Virus record (IMG/VR): IMGVR_UViG_3300033232_000036
Location: 1-42,089 of that record
DNA from: a virus
Lineage: Duplodnaviria; Caudoviricetes
DNA: 42,089 nt
Strand: one strand, 5' to 3'
Part shown: piece after piece, positions 1-9,830 of the stretch
Position numbering within the stretch: the first letter of the stretch is position 1
How the letters are laid out: the number at the start of each line of letters is the position of its first letter
Translations under genes and position numbers: made by a program
The notes under the pieces: model-generated
What the model saw: the letters and a program-made list of their open reading frames with translations, nothing else
The model's database searches: none
Told to the model about the DNA's origin: nothing

Positions 1-127
1 TAATAAAAGTCAAGAGGCGTAGACATGACCGTGGAATCCTGCGGAAGCACACAGCGTCCACGTCGCCCACACAGTGCATCGGCGAACTCAAAGCATATCT
101 CAACACCAACGCCGCCAAGTGTTCCCC
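1..127. repeat. Terminal direct repeat (circular assembly overlap), copy 1
   Basis: Positions 1-127 are identical to 41963-42089. A length of 127 matches a common assembler k-mer, so the unit genome is about 41,962 bp and circular or circularly permuted. Confidence 0.95.
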
Positions 128-200
128 GACTATTTAGCCTATCTCATTTCGTGGTTAGCGCCGCGTATGCTGCTCCCCCGTTAACTCGGGTCGGCGTATG

Positions 201-293
201 GGCGAAGTCTTCATATACCTACCAATCAATTGAGGTATTGTATAACAACCAACTTAAAACGGTTGAAACAACATAAACGAGATGAGCAAAATG
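201..293 (+). promoter_or_regulatory. Dispersed early promoter-leader cassette, copy 1
   Basis: BRE-like GGCGAAG, TATA-like TCATATAC, 30-nt core GTATAACAACCAACTTAAAACGGTTGAAAC (240-269), then AACATAAACGAGATGAGCAAAATG (RBS and start). Confidence 0.85.
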
Positions 294-545
294 TTAGACC
301 AAACAAGAATCGAAATGTTATTAGTGGAATACGGGAACAAAATAAGCGACAACGACCACATTGACCCACAGTTCCGTCATGGTATTGTTGCAGCCCTGCA
401 AAGCGTGTTAGAAATTGACGACGACCAAGTGCGCGAACTTATGAACAAGCACCCAAGAGGACTTAACTTATGGCAGGTACAGGAAGATTTAAGTCCAATT
501 CTGATGGGCGCGCGTTATGAAGGCACGTACAACACAGAGGAATAA
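291..545 (+). CDS. Hypothetical early protein (paralog of 10090-10260)
   Basis: ORF directly after cassette 1. FRHGIVAALQSVLEIDDDQVREL resembles YNRGTVDAYQHILKLTDEQMQQL in the 10090 ORF. Confidence 0.75.
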   Translation: MLDQTRIEMLLVEYGNKISDNDHIDPQFRHGIVAALQSVLEIDDDQVRELMNKHPRGLNLWQVQEDLSPILMGARYEGTYNTEE

Positions 546-549
546 GTGC

Positions 550-1200
550 ATGACAGAAACCAACACACAAAACGAGTTTTATGGGGCGCTATTACGCGCC
601 CAACAGCGAATCGGCACTATCGCCAAGGACAAAACCAATCCATACCATCAGAGCAAATATGCAGATATAAACGATATGCTCGAAATGGTTAAGCCAATCT
701 TGAACGACGAGGGCCTGCTATTAATGCAGCCGTTGACCCACGTCGGCGGAGCGCCGGCAATCTCTACGATTATTATGGGGTACGGCACTTCCATAGAGTA
801 TGAAACGGTTATTCCCTTCCGAGATGACCCACAAAAGGCCGGAAGCGCGATAACGTATTTCCGCCGGTACGCGCTGCAATCTATCCTCGCCTTGCAGGTT
901 GAGGACGACGATGGCGAGGCTGCAAGACTTAAGATAAAAACCGAAGCCAAACCAGCCGCCAAGGCAAACCCCTCACAGGGCACCAAGTTCACGCCGGCAT
1001 CCGAACACACGCCAGACACAGAGGCGCCAAGCGAAGAACCTGCCGAGGCGGTTATAATCCCGACCTGCTCAATATGTCAAGCGCCAATGAAGCCTACGAG
1101 GGCAGGTAGTAAAAACCCGTTCTTCTGCAAGCACGGAAGCGCATGGGGCGTTCCTGTATGGCCACAAGAGGGCGTAAATGAAACGGGGTCAACTGAATGA
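550..1200 (+). CDS. erf: ERF-family ssDNA-annealing protein with C-terminal Zn-finger-like tail
   Basis: NPYHQSKYADI...DPQKAGSAITYFRRYALQSILAL..EDDDG are ERF hallmarks, followed by a Pro/Ala linker and CxxC...CxH. Confidence 0.9.
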   Translation: MTETNTQNEFYGALLRAQQRIGTIAKDKTNPYHQSKYADINDMLEMVKPILNDEGLLLMQPLTHVGGAPAISTIIMGYGTSIEYETVIPFRDDPQKAGSAITYFRRYALQSILALQVEDDDGEAARLKIKTEAKPAAKANPSQGTKFTPASEHTPDTEAPSEEPAEAVIIPTCSICQAPMKPTRAGSKNPFFCKHGSAWGVPVWPQEGVNETGSTE

Positions 1201-1246
1201 CCCCTGACGAACTTAATACAGCAGCGTCCCGCGAAGCGGCGGAACT

Positions 1247-1283
1247 GTCGCAATGCGAAATCCACTAAAACAAGGATTGAAAC
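1247..1283 (+). CRISPR. Solitary 37-nt CRISPR repeat (no array, no cas genes)
   Basis: GTCGCAATGCGAAATCCACTAAAACAAGGATTGAAAC is 37 nt with an AATCC/GGATT stem and the 3' handle ATTGAAAC. The 3' part matches, from memory, the Methanosarcina-type Cas6b repeat (...ATCCACTAAAACAAGGATTGAAAC). It lies between erf and the DUF488 gene. Confidence 0.85.
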
Positions 1284-1340
1284 ACCATAAACGACGAAAT
1301 TAACGAGGCTGTGGCAAAAGTGGTTCAATTCGGCATAGAT

Positions 1341-1733
1341 ATGACACCTATTAACAAAGGGTTTTATACGATAGGCTATGGAGATTTAACCGAAGAACAA
1401 TTCCTCTCCAAACTGACCAAGGCAAATATCACTCTTTTAATTGATGTCAGGAGCGCCCCCGACACCGAAAGGTTCGGTCGGCGTCGAATGATGGCCTTGC
1501 TAGGAAACAAGTACAGGTCAGTCCCTAAACTCGGCGGCCTGCAATACAGCCCGTTAAGATATGCGCTATGGAGGGACAATGTGCTTGCTGAACTTGAAAG
1601 TATCCACCAGTGGAGTAAATGGGGCGCCGTGTGCGTGATGTGCGCGGAGGCCGAACCGAACAGGTGTCACAGAACGTATTTTATTGGCAGGGCAATGAAA
1701 GAATTATATACTACCACACCAATTCATCTATGA
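1341..1733 (+). CDS. DUF488 family protein
   Basis: YTIGYG, LIDVRSAP, LGG and MCAEAEPNRCHR motifs typical of DUF488. Confidence 0.85.
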   Translation: MTPINKGFYTIGYGDLTEEQFLSKLTKANITLLIDVRSAPDTERFGRRRMMALLGNKYRSVPKLGGLQYSPLRYALWRDNVLAELESIHQWSKWGAVCVMCAEAEPNRCHRTYFIGRAMKELYTTTPIHL

Positions 1734-1949
1734 CGAGCAGGCTAAACACCCAAACCATTTTTAATAAACAAAGTTCCTCGCGGTTTTGTTTATGTACTAC
1801 CCAACCCCGTCGATAACATCGGCACACGATGAAAAGTATCCTGCTCGCACTCTCTTTTCTTATTGTTTTTAACTCCCCTATCCCCCCAAACCCCCCATAA
1901 GCGGTGCAAAACGCTATACTTTTATACCGTCGGCTGCATCTGTGTTGTA

Positions 1950-2177
1950 ATGGTTGATACGATAAATACACACACAGCCACACGAGGGAATAACGGGCTC
2001 GTGATATATATTCCACAGCCCTTAAGGGTAGATAGTAAAAACCCAATCGGGCCAAACATGGCTATCACAATAACCGTCGACGGCGACCGAATGATAATTG
2101 AACCGACGGGCGCGAAACCGTTGGAAAAAAACCCCCGAAATTACAAATCTGAAAACATCTTCGGGCGACACTTTTAA
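1950..2177 (+). CDS. AbrB/SpoVT-like small DNA-binding protein (probably leaderless)
   Basis: GNNGLVIYIPQPLR...ITITVDGDRMIIEP swapped-hairpin pattern. A TTTATA box at ~1920 lies about 25 nt before the ATG. Confidence 0.7.
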   Translation: MVDTINTHTATRGNNGLVIYIPQPLRVDSKNPIGPNMAITITVDGDRMIIEPTGAKPLEKNPRNYKSENIFGRHF

Positions 2178-2232
2178 TTTATGGTATATTGAAATTTTAA
2201 CTACTAAATATAATAAAATTAAAGAGGACAGC

Positions 2233-3024
2233 ATGGCAACACAAATCTTTAAACTCAAAAATCTCAAGGCGGCGCCATATAACCCGCGTGTGAAACAAGT
2301 GGCAGGAATGCCAGTATACGAACAAATCAAGGCCAGCATTGAAAAGTTCGGTTACGTTGATTTAATGGTCGTCAACCGGCGGAACAATGTTATTATCGGC
2401 GGGCACCAACGCGCGCCGGTGCTCGCTGACCTAGGATATACCGAGGTTGAATGTGCCGTGGTAGACCTTGACGAGCCGATGGAAAAGGCGTTAAACATTG
2501 CACTTAATAAAATCGATGGTAAGTGGGACGAGGCGTTGTTAAGTGCGTTGGTTTATGAATTGGGCGCGTTGCCTGCGTTCGATTATAATACAATCGGCTT
2601 CACCCTTTCCGAAGTTGACGACCTTGCGTTGTTCCTCCCCCCGCTAGAAACCGGCGACGATGCTGATAACCAGTTATACCCAAACGGGTCCGAAGATGGC
2701 GCTGCGATTGCCATGGGGCCAGACGGTACACCGGCGCGCGGCGTAACACAAGACGGCCAGCAGGCCCCTATCGAGTACAGCCGGCCAGAGTTCAAAGATA
2801 TATGCGACACGTTTGCACAGAACAAAACATCAGAGAAGAATACGAATTGGTTTTATGTAGAGTATTACGAGAATAATGAGTTATTTGAAGAACTCGCGGT
2901 ATTGCTGAAGTCGCATTTAAAGGGCCAGTCAGGGCATGAAATACACGGCGACACGTTTGCATTAATGGTCAAACAGTTCGCTGCCAACCCTGCATCTCCC
3001 ATCACGGAGCACACGGAGGGGTAA
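2233..3024 (+). CDS. ParB/Srx N-terminal domain protein
   Basis: LKAAPYNPR...SIEKFGY..MVVN...IIGGHQR...EKALNIALNKIDGKWD is the phage ParB-like domain normally paired with DNA-modifying enzymes. RBS GAGGA. Confidence 0.9.
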   Translation: MATQIFKLKNLKAAPYNPRVKQVAGMPVYEQIKASIEKFGYVDLMVVNRRNNVIIGGHQRAPVLADLGYTEVECAVVDLDEPMEKALNIALNKIDGKWDEALLSALVYELGALPAFDYNTIGFTLSEVDDLALFLPPLETGDDADNQLYPNGSEDGAAIAMGPDGTPARGVTQDGQQAPIEYSRPEFKDICDTFAQNKTSEKNTNWFYVEYYENNELFEELAVLLKSHLKGQSGHEIHGDTFALMVKQFAANPASPITEHTEG

Positions 3025-4442
3025 TGCGGTTCGAGGAACGAAACGTATGCACAGAGTGCGTCCAGCATTCGGGGTCTTGCGGCGGTGTAAATGCCTGCCA
3101 TGAGATACGGGCCCCGCTGCGCCCCTTTGATGGGATTAGATTAACAGCGGATGGCTTTGATTGTGCGCTGCCACTAACATTCGATTCACATTCGGTCTGT
3201 TCTTTTGGTTGTCTGTATTGTTTTGCGCCGAACCTAATAACACACCGCGCCGCTAGTCAGGCCCCCATCGGTCAGACGAGCCTGCAAAAGATTGAACAAA
3301 TATTCGCGGGTACCGGCGGAAAGTCGGCGGCGTTATATCGCAAAGCGCTCAAATATGACAACTTAAAAAACGGGTATCCGTGCCCCGTGCAAGTGGGCGG
3401 ACTATGTGACCCGCTGGACAACATTGAGCGAAATCAGGGTTGGTTTCTTAAGTTCGTTGAGTTGGCGAAGAAATACAACCAGCCGGTCAGGATTAGTACA
3501 AAAGGTAATCTTTTTTTAGAGCAGGAATATCTCGATGCAATAGCGGACCGGCCCGAATTGTTTTGGATTACCTACTCCATCATATCCATTGACGATGACA
3601 TAATCAAGCAGGTTGACAAGCGCGCCCCAGTTGCGAGCGACCGTTTGCAATCCATGCAAAATCTGACCGACATAGGCGTAAAGACCGGCTTAAGATTCCG
3701 GCCCATGATTCCGGGGATAAGCGATGCAACCAAAAACTATCCTAACGCATACGCAGACCTAATCAACGCAGCAGCCGACGCAGGGGCGACGTCATTGAGT
3801 TACGAAGTCGCGTTCCTCCCCGGAGCAATGACTCCCGACCTGCACGCGCGCTGGGAGGAAATAGAGCACATAGCCGATAAACCACTGATGAAGATTTACG
3901 AATCCTTCGGGAAGAAGCAAAGTTGCAACCGGCCGTCGCACGCATGGACAGAGGAAATTATGCACGCAGTATATAGAGTTGGCAAGTCGCGCGGCCTGCA
4001 AATAGGCGTCAGTGACCCCGTATGGAAACAGTTGAACGAGTGCGGGTGTTGTTGTGGTATCACCGAGGACGACCCCGTTTTCGGTAATTGGCAGACGGAG
4101 AGTGCTACGAATCAACTTCTCATCGCAAAGCGCGACGGTAAGTTTCTTCGGGCGTCGGATATTGTGCCTGCATGGGCACGCGAAGCAAAAGCCGACTTAA
4201 TGACGAACCCCGGAACGGGTCCGCTAGTACAATTTAAACGCCGACATGAAATGTGGAGCGATAAACTGGAAGAACTGTGGGAAAATCCGGCCAAGGAGCG
4301 TTCACCGCTGCAATATTTTCAAGGGGCACTCATGCCAGTTAAGCGGGATGCGGAAGGAAATTTAGTTTATAAATACGTTGGTTTAAAGCGGGTACACCCC
4401 AAAAAGACTCCGTACTGGACAGTAAATAACGTTAAGGAGTGA
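3024..4442 (+). CDS. Radical SAM protein (spore photoproduct lyase-like)
   Basis: CSFGCLYC (CxxxCxxC), then DP, ISTK and RFRPMIPG segments. Extra Cys clusters occur at the N-terminus and at CGCCCG. TAATG overlap with the ParB gene. Confidence 0.85.
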   Translation: MRFEERNVCTECVQHSGSCGGVNACHEIRAPLRPFDGIRLTADGFDCALPLTFDSHSVCSFGCLYCFAPNLITHRAASQAPIGQTSLQKIEQIFAGTGGKSAALYRKALKYDNLKNGYPCPVQVGGLCDPLDNIERNQGWFLKFVELAKKYNQPVRISTKGNLFLEQEYLDAIADRPELFWITYSIISIDDDIIKQVDKRAPVASDRLQSMQNLTDIGVKTGLRFRPMIPGISDATKNYPNAYADLINAAADAGATSLSYEVAFLPGAMTPDLHARWEEIEHIADKPLMKIYESFGKKQSCNRPSHAWTEEIMHAVYRVGKSRGLQIGVSDPVWKQLNECGCCCGITEDDPVFGNWQTESATNQLLIAKRDGKFLRASDIVPAWAREAKADLMTNPGTGPLVQFKRRHEMWSDKLEELWENPAKERSPLQYFQGALMPVKRDAEGNLVYKYVGLKRVHPKKTPYWTVNNVKE

Positions 4443-4969
4443 TTGGTTTGGATTATAAATGTCTCGGGAAAACGGAAGAACTAAGGGCGCGCCGATACCA
4501 AGTGCTCGTCGCATTCCTTAAAGGTGGGAATCCGGCCGAAATTGCAAAGGGCACAAATTTCCCCATTCGGCAGGTATACAGCGACATCGATTACCTTCGG
4601 CGCAATCCGTTGAATACGTTGCCCGTTGATATAGTGCGCGATTTTGGGGTGTCGTTTTACGAAATGAAAGTTACCGAATTGGAACGCCGTGCGCAATTAA
4701 TTAAAGACCCGAACTCTACATTGTGGCTCGGCATACAGAAATTGATTAAGGAATATAAATCGGAAATCTTAAAGTTGGTCGGTGCCAGCGTGGAACGAAT
4801 GGAATTAAGCGGAAAAGTCGAGCACACAGTGACGGCCACGTGGTTGAGCGATGTGCCCGATATGCTGGAATCCGAGGTAATACCAACACGGCTGAAGAAA
4901 CTTAAAGCCGAGCAGGCCGTCAAGGCGCTTGAAGATGCGGCCGATGAGGGAAGGCTGGAAGTGGAATAA
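4439..4969 (+). CDS. terS: Probable terminase small subunit
   Basis: N-terminal HTH (PAEIAKGTNFPIRQVYSDIDYL), a MELSGKVEH tail, and position immediately upstream of TerL. Confidence 0.7.
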   Translation: MIGLDYKCLGKTEELRARRYQVLVAFLKGGNPAEIAKGTNFPIRQVYSDIDYLRRNPLNTLPVDIVRDFGVSFYEMKVTELERRAQLIKDPNSTLWLGIQKLIKEYKSEILKLVGASVERMELSGKVEHTVTATWLSDVPDMLESEVIPTRLKKLKAEQAVKALEDAADEGRLEVE

Positions 4970-6474
4970 TGGGATGTAGCAGTTTCATTCAAAAACCCAC
5001 TCCTCGGGTCAGTATTAAACGGGGAATAACCGTCACGGGGCCGGATGGCCCTGTAAATCTTAATTTATTCGGCGTATCAAAATATATTTTAGGATACGAT
5101 AAACTCGGGTCTGAGCATGAGCAATGGTGCGCCGACCTGTATGACGTGGTGACGGTACAGGGCATAAGAAAATTATTGCTGTTGAAACCGCGTGGCACCT
5201 TTAAGAGCACGGTTTACACCGTGGCACTCCCCATTTATCTCCATCTCGGCGACCCGACCCTGCGAATCCTAATCGCCAGTTCGGTCGGCGAAAATGCAAA
5301 ACGTTTTTTATCGGAGATTACAGGGCATTACCTGCGGAATGACAGGTTGACCGAGGTATACAGGCAATTAGGATATAATGGATGCCCTGTGGACCCTAAT
5401 GCGTCCCTAGTTACAAGCTTGCGACTAACCAACTGCACCAAGATACAAAAGGAACCCAACATCAACACGACGGGGTATGGTTCAAGCATCGTTTCGCAAC
5501 ATTACGATGTTATAATTGTTGACGATATAGTGGACAGGAGCGACAGGGAGAGCGACGCCGTCAGGGAAGGAAAAAAGAAATGGTATCGTGACCTCGCCTC
5601 GCTGCTGGAACCCGACGGGCTATTGTTGACGGTTGGAACCCGCTGGCATAGCGATGACACTTATCACCACATAATCGACGAACTGAATCCGCAGCACACC
5701 GAAGAAAATAGGTTTCATGTGGAGATTGAGGGCGCGTACATGGACGAAGCGTGCACCGTGGCACGGTTTCCGCGCATATTAAGCATTGATAAACTAGAGG
5801 AGCTTAAGATAGATAAAAGTCTGCCCGAGTTCGCTGCTAATTATATGAATATGCCACTAGCGACCGAATCGCAGATATTTAAACTCGGGGATATGGGATT
5901 TTTTGATTATGCCGCTTATGCAAACGCATTCCCCGCGTCCGTGTTTGGGTTCTGCGACCCCGCACTCGGCAAGAAGACCGGGGATTATACAACGCTGATA
6001 ACCGGCTCGGTTTCGCCAAGCGGGACGATATATGTGCTGGATGCAATAATCGACAGGCTCATTCCAGATAAAGCACAGGAATTAATAATTCAACAAGGGG
6101 CGGCTGTAAAGTATCATAAACTCGGCATTGAAACAAACGGGTTTCAGGAATTGTTTTTAGATAATATACGAAAAGAGAGCAGCGCGAAACGAATATATCT
6201 CCCATTGGTGCCGGTTACAAATACACAGAATAAGCAGGCGCGCATAGAATCAATACAACCTCTGACAGTTGAGCGCATAGGGCACCCCGCCGTCATACGC
6301 TTCAGAGATGACTGGCGAACGGCGTATCCCTTGTTGATTGACCAATTAACTAAGTTCCCACTGAAAGGCGCCCACGATGACAGTCCCGATGCGTTAGCAG
6401 GGCTCGTCGAGTTGATTCGGGGGAAAGGCGCCAAGACTGCAACCATGCCATACATACTCGGCGGTGGACTTTAA
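4969..6474 (+). CDS. terL: Terminase large subunit
   Basis: Walker A PRGTFKST, Walker B VIIVDD, GTRWH coupling motif, and RNase H-like nuclease motifs DPA...ETNGFQ...HDDSPDAL. Confidence 0.95.
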   Translation: MGCSSFIQKPTPRVSIKRGITVTGPDGPVNLNLFGVSKYILGYDKLGSEHEQWCADLYDVVTVQGIRKLLLLKPRGTFKSTVYTVALPIYLHLGDPTLRILIASSVGENAKRFLSEITGHYLRNDRLTEVYRQLGYNGCPVDPNASLVTSLRLTNCTKIQKEPNINTTGYGSSIVSQHYDVIIVDDIVDRSDRESDAVREGKKKWYRDLASLLEPDGLLLTVGTRWHSDDTYHHIIDELNPQHTEENRFHVEIEGAYMDEACTVARFPRILSIDKLEELKIDKSLPEFAANYMNMPLATESQIFKLGDMGFFDYAAYANAFPASVFGFCDPALGKKTGDYTTLITGSVSPSGTIYVLDAIIDRLIPDKAQELIIQQGAAVKYHKLGIETNGFQELFLDNIRKESSAKRIYLPLVPVTNTQNKQARIESIQPLTVERIGHPAVIRFRDDWRTAYPLLIDQLTKFPLKGAHDDSPDALAGLVELIRGKGAKTATMPYILGGGL

Positions 6475-6537
6475 ACGGGGGCTTTTAAAGGCTCCTTTTT
6501 ACAATTATATCGGGATAAAATCCTTGGATTTGATAAT

Positions 6538-6792
6538 ATGATAGACCTAAACGCAGACTCAAACGGCCACACGGCCAATACATGGCACATAATCCGATTA
6601 AACGGGGCGAATGTGCCGGCAATGGTTGATAGCAATGGACATAGAATTTCACTCGCAGAGAATAGGATAAAATCAGACGGGACAAGCATGTACTCGGTGC
6701 GCTGTAAAGAAAAGGGCTGCAAGTTTCATTCGTTTGTGCACTTAAACGAATGGGGCGTGATACCGCTGCCATTTTACGACAATTATAGATGA
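6538..6792 (+). CDS. Small Cys/His-containing hypothetical protein
   Basis: ORF between terL and portal with a CxxxxCxFH motif. Confidence 0.6.
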   Translation: MIDLNADSNGHTANTWHIIRLNGANVPAMVDSNGHRISLAENRIKSDGTSMYSVRCKEKGCKFHSFVHLNEWGVIPLPFYDNYR

Positions 6793-6846
6793 TAGATACA
6801 ATAATATGCAATGTGAACAAATTATCATATACACAGTGAGTTCCCT

Positions 6847-8259
6847 ATGACCCCAAAAATGAAACAAACCCTAGCACACGCAGCCAAAACCGCAAACGGC
6901 GCAACAGACGCGGACGTGGTTGCTCTAATGGCTGTCGCCCAGCGGTATGCGAGCGCGGGCGTGATGAATATGACCCCCCGCGACCAAAGCGGCGACACGA
7001 CGCTTTATGGCGAGTATAGGGTGACAAACAACAACACATTTGAGAAATATGCTCAGTTAAGCATAATCACTCCCCATGTCTTTATTCCTCTAATTAAACT
7101 TGGATTAAGCACCGTATCGGGTTTGAAATTAGAATTGCCCCCTGAGCCGATGGGCACCGGCAGCGACGACCTGCTAATCAAAATGACTGAATGGGCACAA
7201 TATATCGGGCTCGCGAACAAAGTTCAAAATATAGCGCGTTGCATGATGCGCGATGGGACGACCGTTGTATCCATCGGCCGCGAACCCATTGACACAACCA
7301 TCATGAACAGGGATATTATAAACCCCACAAATGGAATCACCGCGCTGAGTGTGCTCCCTATGCAATACATGACCCTGCTGACCGAGGCTGAAAGTACCGG
7401 CGTTAAAAAAGGTGTATTGATTAAGGGCGACCCAACAATCGCAATCCTTAACGAGGCAAAAAAGACAGCCGATGCGGGTTTGGTTCGGTTTGAGCGCGCT
7501 GAATTTGCCCTGTTCCGCCTATTCAACGAAGGGTATTTCATGAATGATATATTGGGCCGCGAAACTTACGGTATTTATGGCGCCTCGTTGATTGAGCCTA
7601 TTACCCGCCCGATAAAGGGTTTGCTTGACCTGACCGAAGGATTTGGGGCATATATGCGCCGTTATGGAATTAATCGGCTTAACATAAACCTGCCAATCGT
7701 TGAAGATTTACGGCGGGAAGGGCGCTACGAAGAAGCCAAAACAATTCTACAAGACACAATCGGCGCGATGAAAAAACTCGGCGCTCATGAAGATATGGTA
7801 TCAGGTGGTGCTGACGTTACTGCAATCTCGTCCGGCGCGGTTCCGTCGGTCAGGGACATGAAGGAAAGTTACGAAGCTGATATACAAGTCGGCTTATTAC
7901 AAAGCCCGTTAACGATGGGTAAGGCCAGCGGGACAACGTATGCAAGCGGGTTCCTAAGCGAAGCCGACCGTATGGTAATCGTTGAAAGTATTCAAGCGAT
8001 TATATTAGACGTGGTACAGGCCGAAATTATAAACCCACAATTAATCGCATACGGTGCCACGAATGGCGCTGTAATAGTTACGGCTGTAGACCTCACCGTG
8101 CCAGTAATTGACCCACAGGTCATGACAGACGCACGGCTCAATAACGATATCACCATGGGCGAATACCGAGCCAGCCTCGGCCTGTCTGCGACCAAACCAG
8201 AGGAAGCGAAAGGCAACGAGGCCGCTGACAACGACGCAATCGATGATGAAGAAGAATAA
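6847..8259 (+). CDS. Probable portal protein
   Basis: 470 aa, located after terminase and before the MuF gene. Contains YGIYGASLIEP, TYAS and C-terminal ITMGEYRASLGL, followed by an acidic tail. Confidence 0.8.
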   Translation: MTPKMKQTLAHAAKTANGATDADVVALMAVAQRYASAGVMNMTPRDQSGDTTLYGEYRVTNNNTFEKYAQLSIITPHVFIPLIKLGLSTVSGLKLELPPEPMGTGSDDLLIKMTEWAQYIGLANKVQNIARCMMRDGTTVVSIGREPIDTTIMNRDIINPTNGITALSVLPMQYMTLLTEAESTGVKKGVLIKGDPTIAILNEAKKTADAGLVRFERAEFALFRLFNEGYFMNDILGRETYGIYGASLIEPITRPIKGLLDLTEGFGAYMRRYGINRLNINLPIVEDLRREGRYEEAKTILQDTIGAMKKLGAHEDMVSGGADVTAISSGAVPSVRDMKESYEADIQVGLLQSPLTMGKASGTTYASGFLSEADRMVIVESIQAIILDVVQAEIINPQLIAYGATNGAVIVTAVDLTVPVIDPQVMTDARLNNDITMGEYRASLGLSATKPEEAKGNEAADNDAIDDEEE

Positions 8260-8264
8260 ACATT

Positions 8265-9794
8265 ATGGCGGCTGAAGGCGATGTTTTAAAGCAAGAACAT
8301 TTATTTGTTCGTGAAATTACGCAGGCGTTTGAGCGCGCAATCTCGCGATTAAACGTGCATAAAAAAGTTAACCTTCGCAGCGCCGTCGGGCGTACCACTG
8401 TAATCAACAAACTCCATAAACGAACCGAGGCCGTTTACATGCTCGGCAAAGGCAACGCGCGCCAAGACATTAAAACCGCGCTTAAGCGAATTTCCGCAGC
8501 CAAGGCCGCCCCCACATTCTCGGGAGAGATAGCCGAGGGTGTTGTATTGGGGCCCTTTGAGGATAAACTTGTTAACAAATATACGCAGCAGTCCGTCGCC
8601 TATATGGATTTTATGGCGAAAGACGTACAGGCTAAAATGAACGATTCGTTACAAGAGGGCTTCCTTTTAGGCGAATCGGTGCCAAAGTTAACCAAGCGGG
8701 TTGAAAGTGTTTGGGGCTCGAATAAAGTTAGGGCAACACGGTTCGCACGTACTCAAACAAATTCGGTTTATAATGCAGCCCACGTCCACACGTACACCGC
8801 CGAACCGCTGATTGAGTGTGTTCAGTTTGTCGCTCGCCTTGATAGCCGTGTGTCCGAACAGTGCCGGTCTTATGATGGTACAATATGGAAATTAAGCGAT
8901 AGCAGCCTTCGGCGTCCACCCCTTCATTTCAACTGTAGAAGTAGATTAGTTGCATGGCCCTACTCATATCCGGGCAACCGAGATTTTACGAAGATGTCTG
9001 ATGGTACAACCAACACATACAGCCAACTCGCTGAGGTGAACAAACAGATAAAAACCTTCAACGAAAAGTATTGGAAGGAAATTAAGGTCACTGTCCGCGC
9101 AACGCGCGCCGGTAAGGTTGGTACCGTTGCAAGCACGGCAGCACCGAAGTTCACTACGGAAGAAATTGACTTTATGAAGTACGAATTTGAAACAAACGAA
9201 ATGAAGGAGGACATGTTTGACCGGCTGTATTCAAAAATGTTAACCGATGAGGAAAAATCCGCGGTTAAGGCATATACCGGAAGCGATTACCGGCTGATGA
9301 ATGAATATCTCCGCACAGGCAAAATCCCTGAAAATTACCTTCGCCATAATATATCATTAGAGGAAGTGACCGCGCGTGCACAAGCGTTAATTGATAACAT
9401 GGATTCCGCCTTTTCAAAAGCAAAGTTAAGTAAAAACATGACCGTACACCGTGGGATTTCCGCCGATGTTGCCGAGGGCATGTTAAAGACGGGCCGGCTG
9501 GAATATGCAGGGTATTCCTCAACAAGCGAGAGCCTTAAAACCGCGCGGTACTTTGCACGGGAAAACTCCGTTTCCGCTTTAGGTGAAGCGGGTTACAATT
9601 TAAAATATAAAGATGTTTTAGTATTTGACGTTAAAAAGGGTGCCAAGGGCATCCATTACGGCGGGGGCGAAGCCGAGATTATATTGGATAGGGGGCTGAA
9701 ACTTGAAGTGATTAAAATACAATTAGTCGAGGATGTGGAGTACTTATTAGGCCGGCACGACGCATACAGGTTTATTCATTGCAAGATTATTTAA
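8265..9794 (+). CDS. MuF/SPP1 gp7-like head morphogenesis protein fused to a C-terminal ADP-ribosyltransferase toxin domain
   Basis: MuF motifs FARTQT, D.RVSEQC..DG and PPLHFNCRS. The C-terminus has AYTGSDYRLMNEYLR, VHRG, YSSTS and EAE, the R-S-ExE signature of VIP2/C2-like ARTs. Confidence 0.9.
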   Translation: MAAEGDVLKQEHLFVREITQAFERAISRLNVHKKVNLRSAVGRTTVINKLHKRTEAVYMLGKGNARQDIKTALKRISAAKAAPTFSGEIAEGVVLGPFEDKLVNKYTQQSVAYMDFMAKDVQAKMNDSLQEGFLLGESVPKLTKRVESVWGSNKVRATRFARTQTNSVYNAAHVHTYTAEPLIECVQFVARLDSRVSEQCRSYDGTIWKLSDSSLRRPPLHFNCRSRLVAWPYSYPGNRDFTKMSDGTTNTYSQLAEVNKQIKTFNEKYWKEIKVTVRATRAGKVGTVASTAAPKFTTEEIDFMKYEFETNEMKEDMFDRLYSKMLTDEEKSAVKAYTGSDYRLMNEYLRTGKIPENYLRHNISLEEVTARAQALIDNMDSAFSKAKLSKNMTVHRGISADVAEGMLKTGRLEYAGYSSTSESLKTARYFARENSVSALGEAGYNLKYKDVLVFDVKKGAKGIHYGGGEAEIILDRGLKLEVIKIQLVEDVEYLLGRHDAYRFIHCKII

Positions 9795-9830
9795 AGTATA
9801 ACATACATAAACCAACATAGAGGAAACACC

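Noticed and set aside
1-127. 127-bp terminal repeat as a biological direct terminal repeat
   Set aside because: The length equals a standard assembly k-mer, so it indicates circularity rather than real virion ends.
25-276. 83-aa ORF at the window start
   Set aside because: It runs through promoter cassette 1 and has low-complexity composition, so the region is more likely non-coding. Only its last codons coincide with the MYNNQ micro-ORF.
1284-1340. Second repeat making a full repeat-spacer-repeat mini-array
   Set aside because: Only GTGGCAAAAG (1311) weakly resembles the repeat start. There is no stem or ATTGAAAC end, so an array cannot be supported.
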